Positions 15,477 through 22,347 of a DNA stretch of 25,179 bases are shown piece by piece. Made by a program: the position numbers and the translations under genes. Below the pieces are notes generated by a model. It was not told the origin of the DNA. It did not search any database and saw only the letters and a program-made list of their open reading frames with translations. The DNA is from a virus. Lineage: Duplodnaviria; Caudoviricetes. Each line of letters opens with the position of its first letter. The first letter of the stretch is position 1. The stretch is taken from positions 1-25,179 of the IMG/VR virus record IMGVR_UViG_3300025782_000068; one strand, 5' to 3'.

Positions 15477-15829
15477 TGGTGCATCTCCGAGCGAATAAGA
15501 GCTGCAACTGAGCGAGCAATATCCACCTGCAACTGTATGCGCTTGGCGTTCTCCTTTGATGCCTTGACCGAGGCTTCAGCGTAGGCAAGTTCAGTATGTT
15601 CGGTTGCGTTATCAAGTAGCGCGTTATCCTCGCGTTCACCGACTGTATAGTTTTTGCCAGTAGGCGAGGAAAGTCCGGCGTACTTCATACGAGATTTTGC
15701 CATTGCAATCTCCAAGTGAGATTTTCTGACAAGGTATTGCTCATCAGCCGTAGCCAAATCTTTATAGGCTTCGTCATATTCCTTGCTGAGTGAGATGAGT
15801 CGTGCTTCAACTTCTGCTGGTGTAGCCAT
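15473..15829 (-). CDS. Coiled-coil protein in the recombination block
   Basis: 118 aa all-helical; start MATPAEVEARL at a TAATG overlap. Confidence 0.8.
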   Translation of the reverse strand: MATPAEVEARLISLSKEYDEAYKDLATADEQYLVRKSHLEIAMAKSRMKYAGLSSPTGKNYTVGEREDNALLDNATEHTELAYAEASVKASKENAKRIQLQVDIARSVAALIRSEMHQ

Positions 15830-15963
15830 TACGCCACCAACACATACAAGACATAAAGCGGTGCAAAGAAAATTGTTCCCCAAAAGATCACGCGCACAAA
15901 GTCACGGATTACATAATAAGAAACTGGGTGCTTGGCGGTATCAACTGAGTCGTAGATAGTCAT
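15829..15963 (-). CDS. Single-TM small protein (44 aa)
   Basis: MTIYDSVDTAKHPVSYYVIRDFVRVIFWGTIFFAPLYVLYVLVA; GGAG RBS; TAATG on both sides. Confidence 0.7.
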   Translation of the reverse strand: MTIYDSVDTAKHPVSYYVIRDFVRVIFWGTIFFAPLYVLYVLVA

Positions 15964-16493
15964 TACTTCTTCTCCAATACTGTTTTGCGGGCGGTGATAA
16001 CTGCGTTGAGAGTCTTGCCGTTGATGACTACTGCAAGAAGTCCAGCATCTTTAGCACCTGTGTAGAAATCTTTAAGTTCCTCGATTGTTTCAATGGTTGG
16101 GATTTGATCGTACGCTTCCTTAGCGAGCGCAAGCAGTTCAGGTGAAACTTCTGGCTCTGCCTGACGGCGTTCAACCTTCTGCATCTCTTCGCGTGATGGG
16201 CGCTTGCCCTTAGCAGCAAAGCCACCATTAGCAAGTGCGCGACCTAGCGCAGAGGTTTCACAGTTCTCAACCCATGCATCACGATTGACACCAGAGTTTG
16301 ATTTGATCTCTTCGGCAATACCGGTAGCGATTGGGTTTAAGTCATTGCGTTCTGCATAGATTGAAGCGATCATCAAGATAGATGATTCGGTCTTTTCTAG
16401 CACCTGTGTTTGAGTGCGACCTGTTGGGTACTTCTCCCAAAAGCGCTCAAGGCGTGTTTCTACTGTCTCATAATTGTCTAGGTTGTAAGCCAT
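15963..16493 (-). CDS. Putative single-strand annealing/recombination protein
   Basis: YETVETRLERFW, ATGIAEE, VENCETSALGRAL, RPSREEMQKV motifs; same operon as the exonuclease. The gene is solid; the function is inferred from context. Confidence 0.6.
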   Translation of the reverse strand: MAYNLDNYETVETRLERFWEKYPTGRTQTQVLEKTESSILMIASIYAERNDLNPIATGIAEEIKSNSGVNRDAWVENCETSALGRALANGGFAAKGKRPSREEMQKVERRQAEPEVSPELLALAKEAYDQIPTIETIEELKDFYTGAKDAGLLAVVINGKTLNAVITARKTVLEKK

Positions 16494-16536
16494 AGCCGTT
16501 CCTTCGTTCAGGTATGCCCCTGTTGGCATTGGCTCA

Positions 16537-16599
16537 ACTGTAAGGCAAGGCGTAAGGCAAAAGCAAGGACATTTTGTAAGTTTCTTTTTAGGCTATTCT
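16537..16599. promoter_or_regulatory. Divergent promoter region with GTAAG repeats
   Basis: Minus strand TTGCTT-18nt-TACAGT; plus strand TATTCT 6 nt before ATG 16606; GTAAGGCAA direct repeat at 16540 and 16552. Confidence 0.55.
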
Positions 16600-16605
16600 T
16601 TACCC

Positions 16606-16791
16606 ATGATAAGCGTAATGGTCAGGTACGAGGAACTAGAGGTTGAAATCCAAGCAAGCGACCACTACCCCGACCAAGTGACCGATTACTGCAATCGCGT
16701 GGGCAAGCTATTTGAGGAATCACTACAAACCTTAAGGCGAGCTGGCTTTGCCCTTGAAGCCGATTTGCCAGATGAAGAAGAAACTCTATAA
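16606..16791 (+). CDS. Small acidic protein, probably leaderless
   Basis: 61 aa; -10 directly upstream and a terminator downstream. Confidence 0.72.
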   Translation: MISVMVRYEELEVEIQASDHYPDQVTDYCNRVGKLFEESLQTLRRAGFALEADLPDEEETL

Positions 16792-16817
16792 TTCTACTCC
16801 CCCTTCAGTCGGACATT

Positions 16818-16842
16818 ACCCCAGAGAAATTCTGGGGTTTTT
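16818..16842 (+). terminator. Rho-independent terminator
   Basis: ACCCCAGA-GAAAT-TCTGGGGT followed by a T-run. Confidence 0.8.
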
Positions 16843-16895
16843 GTCTTTGCGCGCCAAAATCTAAAAAAAATTTTCAATTTCCACCCTTACGGGTG

Positions 16896-17426
16896 TTAGA
16901 AGCCGCCTTTTCTTTTATTACATATTCCGTGTGACGGGCGCACATTTGCTGGGCTATCCTCTCCACCTTTAGCCAAGGGAATTACATGGTCAAGTTGCAA
17001 ACCCATTTCCCATCCTTCAATACCGCATTTGCGAGGAAGGCTAAGGTCAATAGGTAAAGAGCATAGATGGCAAATAGCGCCATAAAGGTCAAGTATTTGC
17101 TGAGTAGTATATTTTTCAGCATGAGCGCTCATTTTGCGCGCCCTACGCCGATGCTTAGCCCTAATACTGGCTTCCCGACCATTTTCCGTATAAGAGTATT
17201 CTCGCCCTTTAATTTTGCGTTGTTTCTGAATTTCAGGGCGAGAGCGATATTTTGTACGAGCCTTCTCGTTAATTTCTTTAATACGCTCAGGGTTTTTAGC
17301 AGTCCATTGAGCAACCCATACGCGATTAGCTTCTTTGCACAAATCGCATGGTTGATTTTTTAATCTTAAATGTCTGTTGTATCCAGACCTTGTGCCGCAA
17401 TGAGCAATTCTGCTAGGTTTAGCCAT
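16896..17426 (-). CDS. HNH endonuclease with N-terminal HCGT..Y.RH..C..C domain
   Basis: CHLC...LDHVIPLAKGG...NVRPSHGICNKRKG; AAGGAG RBS before ATG 17426; AT-rich. Confidence 0.9.
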   Translation of the reverse strand: MAKPSRIAHCGTRSGYNRHLRLKNQPCDLCKEANRVWVAQWTAKNPERIKEINEKARTKYRSRPEIQKQRKIKGREYSYTENGREASIRAKHRRRARKMSAHAEKYTTQQILDLYGAICHLCSLPIDLSLPRKCGIEGWEMGLQLDHVIPLAKGGEDSPANVRPSHGICNKRKGGF

Positions 17427-17453
17427 GTACGAACTCCTTATTAGTTTGTGCCA

Positions 17454-17495
17454 GCCTTGGGGTGTTAGTCGCACCGCCAAGGCATTATCATAGCA
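17454..17495 (-). promoter_or_regulatory. Extended -10 and structured leader of the HNH gene
   Basis: TGcTATGAT, then hairpin GCCTTGG-C-GGTG-CGACTAA-CACC-CCAAGGC. Confidence 0.55.
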
Positions 17496-18527
17496 TCAAT
17501 CTAAAAAGACCTGATATTGAGCCGTAGTCCGACCTTTGATCGGGTCAATAAAATGTAAGCGTTGTGATGGGATTCCGCTAACCGCCATAGAATCGCGGGC
17601 GTACCTGTTGTCCGATTCAGTTGAACCAGTCCAGAATATGTTGCCATCCTGAGCGCTTAGAGGTTCTTGAGCAAAACGGTGATAGTGCCCTAGAAAAATA
17701 TCGGTGAACGGCCACTTATAGGCTCCTGCTTTCCAACGGTTACCAGCAGCTTGCCAAGCGCTAGGAGAGGCAAAGCCTGATCTACCTACTTCATCTCCGT
17801 GCATTAAGAGCGCTCGATAATTGCCAATCTCAACGCGCTGAATATCCTCTGGGCAATCTTCCCATGTCAGGCGCTTTTCCCCAGCGAGAATCTTTCTGGC
17901 GAACTGATAGCACATACGATCAAAGTTATCCGCTTTAGGGACATGATCTCGCTTGCTACCAATTCTGCCGTGATTTCCCCACTCGGCGACAACTGTTACC
18001 TTGTCAAAATTAGCGAGAAAGTAGCGAACGAAGTCCACCATAAGGAACGACACGATGTCCCATTGCTCAAATAGCGTGGCATCTACTTCCCAAAGTTGTG
18101 CGGGATAATTAAAAAGGCCTTCAATCATGTCGCCACCGAACATAATCACCACATCATTAACGGGGTGATCGTGGCGCTGAATCTCAGTAATCTTCACGCA
18201 TTTCTCGGCAAACTGCATAACCCGCTTCTTCATCACCTCAGAGTTGTAAGTGGTGGTGATCTTGGAGCCTTGCCAGTCAGTAGCGTGAACGAGAGCTACC
18301 TCTGCCTTAGCCTTAGCCTTCGTTAGATTTGGCTTAGGTACTGGCGGGATTGCGCCCATAGAGAGCGTTGCATCATAAGCTGCTTGAAGTACCAACTCGC
18401 CTAACTGTTGGTCGCGGTCTTTGATCTTGGCTAACTGCTTCTGCGCGTTCAGTAAGGCTTTGCGTAAATCGGTGACCTGCGGGTCAGCCTCTTCTTTAAT
18501 TTTCTTGAGATCGTCAGCGAGGCTCAT
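17496..18527 (-). CDS. Calcineurin-like metallophosphoesterase with N-terminal coiled coil
   Basis: TDWQ, GGDMIEG, GNHGR, MHGD and GHYH motifs; ATGA-coupled. Confidence 0.9.
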   Translation of the reverse strand: MSLADDLKKIKEEADPQVTDLRKALLNAQKQLAKIKDRDQQLGELVLQAAYDATLSMGAIPPVPKPNLTKAKAKAEVALVHATDWQGSKITTTYNSEVMKKRVMQFAEKCVKITEIQRHDHPVNDVVIMFGGDMIEGLFNYPAQLWEVDATLFEQWDIVSFLMVDFVRYFLANFDKVTVVAEWGNHGRIGSKRDHVPKADNFDRMCYQFARKILAGEKRLTWEDCPEDIQRVEIGNYRALLMHGDEVGRSGFASPSAWQAAGNRWKAGAYKWPFTDIFLGHYHRFAQEPLSAQDGNIFWTGSTESDNRYARDSMAVSGIPSQRLHFIDPIKGRTTAQYQVFLD

Positions 18528-18766
18528 AGGTAGCACCTGCATTGCTTAGCGCGGTGGGTTTGTAGTTGTGATGAAGTCACCAATATGTTGTGCGACTTGA
18601 GATAACTAAAGAGCGCCACATTGGTAATAGTGCGATCTTCCAGCGCATCTTGAAATGCCTTTAAGTCTTTACCAGTCAGCGTGTCCATGTAGGTTTTCAC
18701 ACTACAAGGTCTGCCGCCTACTCCGATCTTGCCCCTCAACTGTTGAAGGTCTGTTGCTAAGTCCAT
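18524..18766 (-). CDS. Small putative Zn/HTH protein coupled to the phosphoesterase
   Basis: 80 aa, C...HR..QCRC; AAGGGGG RBS. Confidence 0.78.
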   Translation of the reverse strand: MDLATDLQQLRGKIGVGGRPCSVKTYMDTLTGKDLKAFQDALEDRTITNVALFSYLKSHNILVTSSQLQTHRAKQCRCYL

Positions 18767-18794
18767 GTTGCCCCCTTTGTCAAATAAATCTTAC

Positions 18795-18823
18795 ATTATG
18801 AAACGAAATAAAGTGCGTAACAA
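18795..18823 (-). promoter_or_regulatory. Putative promoter
   Basis: TTGTTA-17nt-CATAAT. Confidence 0.5.
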
Positions 18824-18827
18824 AACG

Positions 18828-18867
18828 AAAAAAACCCCGCAACCTTTTTAGGGGCTACGGGGTTTTT
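18828..18867 (-). terminator. Rho-independent terminator ending the late/lysis operon (possibly bidirectional)
   Basis: AAAAACCCCGTAGCC-loop-GGTTGCGGGGTTTTTTT. Confidence 0.85.
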
Positions 18868-18937
18868 ATTATTAAGTTTTTTTGACTCTTTGTGCGATTG
18901 CCTCAGCCATCTGGACCGAGAACGCAAACTTAGCACA

Positions 18938-19267
18938 TCATTTAATCAATCCACTATTTATCTTGATGACTTCAGCAACATCTGTGCCTTCTGGCTTGTA
19001 TGGGTCTTTAGGAATACCAATTGGCTCGGGAACGCCAGACCCTTCCATATTGGCAAGGTAGGGAGTTTGGATATGCGATTCGGGTACAACATTCGGGTTT
19101 GCTTGCTCGTTGTGCGACACCAACCCACCAGTAATAAATCCAATGGCGATATAGGCAAGGTGCGCTGGGTCGTGCTGAAAGCCTGTTGCCGCCCATGTGC
19201 TAAATGCGCCAGTCATAGCGATTGCGAGCTGCTTGGCATCAAGTATGTGAAATCTAAAGTGCTTCAT
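18938..19267 (-). CDS. Holin-like membrane protein
   Basis: Two short hydrophobic segments and a Pro-rich soluble tail; ATGA-coupled after the endolysin. Confidence 0.6.
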   Translation of the reverse strand: MKHFRFHILDAKQLAIAMTGAFSTWAATGFQHDPAHLAYIAIGFITGGLVSHNEQANPNVVPESHIQTPYLANMEGSGVPEPIGIPKDPYKPEGTDVAEVIKINSGLIK

Positions 19268-20118
19268 AGCGAACCTTTAAGCTCATCGTAAATAATCTGA
19301 GGAAGTGCGCCCGTGACCTTGATACCTTGCTTTGCCTCGTACTTGACGAGAGCAGCTTGAGTCTGGGTGTTCATCGTTCCCGTGACATAGGTAGTCGGAA
19401 GTAACCCCGCCTTGAGCAGAGCCTTCTCAACTGCCATAACAGCATCGCTCTTTTGACCTAGGTTAAACGCGGTGGTATCGGTGGGAAATGGGGGAGCCAC
19501 GAATACAGTCTGGGCAGGTGTTGTAGCCGTTGGCGTAGTGGTCATTAAACCGCCGTGAATTGCCCCTGTAACGCCCGCAACCGCCGTTCCCGTTGCGCCA
19601 ACCGCAGCAGTAGCCTTCTTGCTTGTAATGCCCTTTTGCGCGGGTTTTAGGGCTACTTGGTAGCGTGGTCTGACAATGGCGGCTACATAGAAGTAAGGGC
19701 GGTGGACTCTAAAGCATCCGCTTTCGTGAACCGAGTCATTTGGGTTGCCTGTGTTGAACCCAATGGTAGTCAATCCGTCAGGGCTTGCCGCTTCTACGAT
19801 CTCGACATGATCTACAACGCCATCCGAGTTCCAGTCAAAGAAGACCAGATCGCCGGGTTGCCCTTGATACTTATTGACTACTAAGCCTTGGCGTTGAAAC
19901 CAAGGCAGAGCAGCAGGGTTGTAGGCAAATCCTTTAGGGGTTTGAGCAGCTACAAGGCTAGATAGACCGACCTGAGCAAAACACCAACTCACACCCATAG
20001 CGCAGTAGGGAGCATTAGGAATCCCATACCAATCGCCATAAGGGTTCTCATCTTGCGCGCCAGCGTGAAAGCCGATCTGACTTCTAGCGACATTGAGAAC
20101 ATCAAGTGCGGTAGCCAT
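19264..20118 (-). CDS. Endolysin: CHAP amidase/peptidase plus putative peptidoglycan-binding domain
   Basis: ALDVLNVARSQIG, PYCAMGVSWC, QPGDLVFFDW, DHVEIV, FNT; C-terminal LGQKSDAV..VEKAL...TQAALVKYE..QGI.VTG; start ATG 20118 after AGAAAGG. Confidence 0.9.
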   Translation of the reverse strand: MATALDVLNVARSQIGFHAGAQDENPYGDWYGIPNAPYCAMGVSWCFAQVGLSSLVAAQTPKGFAYNPAALPWFQRQGLVVNKYQGQPGDLVFFDWNSDGVVDHVEIVEAASPDGLTTIGFNTGNPNDSVHESGCFRVHRPYFYVAAIVRPRYQVALKPAQKGITSKKATAAVGATGTAVAGVTGAIHGGLMTTTPTATTPAQTVFVAPPFPTDTTAFNLGQKSDAVMAVEKALLKAGLLPTTYVTGTMNTQTQAALVKYEAKQGIKVTGALPQIIYDELKGSL

Positions 20119-20133
20119 CTTTTGCCTTTCTAT

Positions 20134-20160
20134 AAAAAAAGACCCCCGTTTCCGAGGGTC
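20134..20160 (-). terminator. Terminator-like hairpin directly upstream of the endolysin RBS
   Basis: GACCCTC-GGAAAC-GGGGGTC followed by T7. Confidence 0.75.
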
Positions 20161-20191
20161 TAATGCACTTGCCCCAAGTGCGGGGTAAAAC

Positions 20192-20500
20192 TTACTTGGT
20201 TGCTTCTGCTTGAACCAACTTTGTCGCATCTGCTACTACGGCAGAAACAACTGGTGCGGTAAGAGTTGCAGGAGCGCCTGTGGCTTCGTCAATTTGATTG
20301 ACAAGCGAAGCAGGGTTAATGCGAGCAAGAACTGGTGCGACTAGGCCGCCGACCAATGCCTTGATAGCGATAACCTTGAATGTGTCGTGCGGTGCAAGTT
20401 CATGCGTAGCAAGACCAGCAGCAAGGATGCCGTACACATAGTGTTCGGCAAGAGCCTTTTCCTTGGTTGTAAAATGATAATTAAACTTCTTGGTTGCCAT
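20192..20500 (-). CDS. Holin-like protein
   Basis: Two hydrophobic segments ending APVLARINP; GAAAGGT RBS; located in the lysis region. Confidence 0.65.
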   Translation of the reverse strand: MATKKFNYHFTTKEKALAEHYVYGILAAGLATHELAPHDTFKVIAIKALVGGLVAPVLARINPASLVNQIDEATGAPATLTAPVVSAVVADATKLVQAEATK

Positions 20501-20551
20501 TTTCTACCTTTCCCTTGGTTTACTAAAGTGGCTATGTGCTAAACTTTAGGT

Positions 20552-20962
20552 ATGAGAAAATCTACCATACCTAAGTTTCATTGTGAGCGTTGCAATACAG
20601 AATACAAAGCGCGTGGTCATTGGCGCACTCGACCAAATCGGTACTGCTCCAATACTTGCCGAGTAGCAGCTTTGAACGAATTGCCCAAATGGAATAAAGG
20701 CAATCAATCTCGCAGATTAAGCGAAAAAGGTTATATTCGTATTTTGGTTGATGGTAAGGCAAAAATGGAACATCGGGTTGTCATGGAAAACATGATAAAT
20801 CGCCCTTTAACCTCAGTTGAGCGCGTTCATCATCTTAACGGTGATCGAACTGACAACCGACCTGAGAATTTAGTTTTGTGCGCTACTCAGGCTGAGCATT
20901 TGAAGAAATGGCATCCTGATCTGGTGAAGAATCTGGGTCGCGCTTTGAAATCAAGTTCTTAA
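20552..20962 (+). CDS. HNH homing endonuclease inserted antisense in the lysis region
   Basis: CERC...RYCSNTC, GYIRI, EHRVVME, VHHLNGDRTDNRPENL; TGcTAAACT 6 nt before the ATG (leaderless). Confidence 0.92.
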   Translation: MRKSTIPKFHCERCNTEYKARGHWRTRPNRYCSNTCRVAALNELPKWNKGNQSRRLSEKGYIRILVDGKAKMEHRVVMENMINRPLTSVERVHHLNGDRTDNRPENLVLCATQAEHLKKWHPDLVKNLGRALKSSS

Positions 20963-21356
20963 CAAATTTCTCTGCTTCCCAGTCGGAAGCGGCAGCGTGG
21001 TGTACGCCCCCAACGCCTCTATGATGGCGTTCGCAGTACCAAATCAAGTTAGCACCTGACTCAACCCAAGCCCCAACTGACTCAGGGTCAGACACGCCCG
21101 GATAGTCCACTTCCAGCCACTTCAAGTTTACGCCGTTTTGGAGTGAGAACTCAATGTGAGAATGATGAAGCTCTAATCCGCCATCGCACTCAGAGAAATC
21201 TGAACGATGTTCTCCGATAGCGCACTTGGCGGTGTCTTTGGTTCGCTCGCGGTAGGCATTAAAGTCTTTATAGTGCGGGTCAGTTTCGCGTGGTTCGTGA
21301 GCAGGGTAATGCACCACATACGAGTTAGTAATCTTTTGATCGTGACCATCAGTCAT
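20883..21356 (-). CDS. His-rich protein with HNH-like (His-Me) pattern
   Basis: YPAHEPR, C..C..LELHH, NLIWYCERHHRG..GVH; GAGG RBS. Confidence 0.7.
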   Translation of the reverse strand: MTDGHDQKITNSYVVHYPAHEPRETDPHYKDFNAYRERTKDTAKCAIGEHRSDFSECDGGLELHHSHIEFSLQNGVNLKWLEVDYPGVSDPESVGAWVESGANLIWYCERHHRGVGGVHHAAASDWEAEKFVKNLISKRDPDSSPDQDAISSNAQPE

Positions 21357-21693
21357 TTTTTTCCTCTAGTAAATCCTGTAAGTGTTCAATCTCTTGTTTC
21401 TCAAGTTTCAGGATGTGTCGAATAATCATGGCATCGCGCTTGGTCTGTCCGATCATTGCAATACCAATCATCAACTCAACAAGAACGGCTAGATAGGAAG
21501 CCAATAGTTGCCAATGAATATATGAGTGGTTGTCGCGGAACCAAGTAGGCTTAAGCCACCATACAAAACTGCCGATAGACCAAAAGCCTACAAACCACCA
21601 GTTGCGGATAATGCCCTGAATTTTCCAAGATACTTGCTCGCCAAAAGTTAAAACATCCTGAGTGTCTGGGTGAATGTATTTTCTTTTGAACAT
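21349..21693 (-). CDS. Two-TM membrane protein (DUF1003-like, tentative)
   Basis: LTFGEQVS...WWFV, a second TM, GQTKRD and a coiled-coil tail. Confidence 0.7.
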   Translation of the reverse strand: MFKRKYIHPDTQDVLTFGEQVSWKIQGIIRNWWFVGFWSIGSFVWWLKPTWFRDNHSYIHWQLLASYLAVLVELMIGIAMIGQTKRDAMIIRHILKLEKQEIEHLQDLLEEKND

Positions 21694-21873
21694 TTACTCT
21701 CCATCTGGGAATTTGTCTTTAGGGTCAATCCAGCGAATTGCGATTGGCAGAAACGCGGCTAATGCAGCCTGTATAAGCAAGCCCGGCTTAATTAAATCCT
21801 TGGCGTGTAAGACAAGCTCAAAAGTAATAAAGGTTTCAAACCAAGCGCCCGCGAGTGTGCGCCATTTGTTCAT
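21694..21873 (-). CDS. Holin-like protein (59 aa)
   Basis: Own translation: MNKWRTLAGAWFETFITFELVLHAKDLIKPGLLIQAALAAFLPIAIRWIDPKDKFPDGE; ATGA-coupled. Confidence 0.72.
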   Translation of the reverse strand: MNKWRTLAGAWFETFITFELVLHAKDLIKPGLLIQAALAAFLPIAIRWIDPKDKFPDGE

Positions 21874-22139
21874 TCGCCAATTTTGGCTTTCATAACTTCA
21901 ACATCAACCTTGATACATTGCTGGTTTTCAATGAGCGAATCAACCTTGTTAATCAGCCCAGTCTTGCCATCGTTGTAGAGAGCGTATTCAACTCGGCGCA
22001 TACGAGAATCCATCTGGTGAAAGTGCCTAATCAACCATCCAATACCGCCCAAAATCATTGCCGCAACTGTGGTGTAGTAATAAATTGCGCCAGAGAAGTT
22101 TGCTTGGTTGGTAAGTACATCGCTAGTAGATTTTAGCAT
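21870..22139 (-). CDS. Single-TM coiled-coil membrane protein of the lysis region
   Basis: TM TTVAAMILGGIGWLI, then YNDGKTGL and a coiled coil. Confidence 0.75.
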   Translation of the reverse strand: MLKSTSDVLTNQANFSGAIYYYTTVAAMILGGIGWLIRHFHQMDSRMRRVEYALYNDGKTGLINKVDSLIENQQCIKVDVEVMKAKIGE

Positions 22140-22164
22140 TTTTGCGCCGTTTCAGGTTGTGGGG

Positions 22165-22347
22165 TTAGATTCCTTTTGGCCCTTCAACATTTGGCGTTGT
22201 CGCCGTAGTTGTTGGTTCAATAGGTTTAGGTCGAGTCAAAGAATCAATCGTGGCTTTAAGAACGGCGATTGTCTGCGCTTGTTCTGCTACCTGATCTTTA
22301 AGGTGTTTGAGAATGTCCTCAATTTGTAGATGATGTTCCAGTTCCAT
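22165..22347 (-). CDS. Small coiled-coil protein following the tail fibre
   Basis: IEDILKHLKDQVAEQAQTIAVLKATIDSL heptads; GAAGG RBS. Confidence 0.72.
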   Translation of the reverse strand: MELEHHLQIEDILKHLKDQVAEQAQTIAVLKATIDSLTRPKPIEPTTTATTPNVEGPKGI

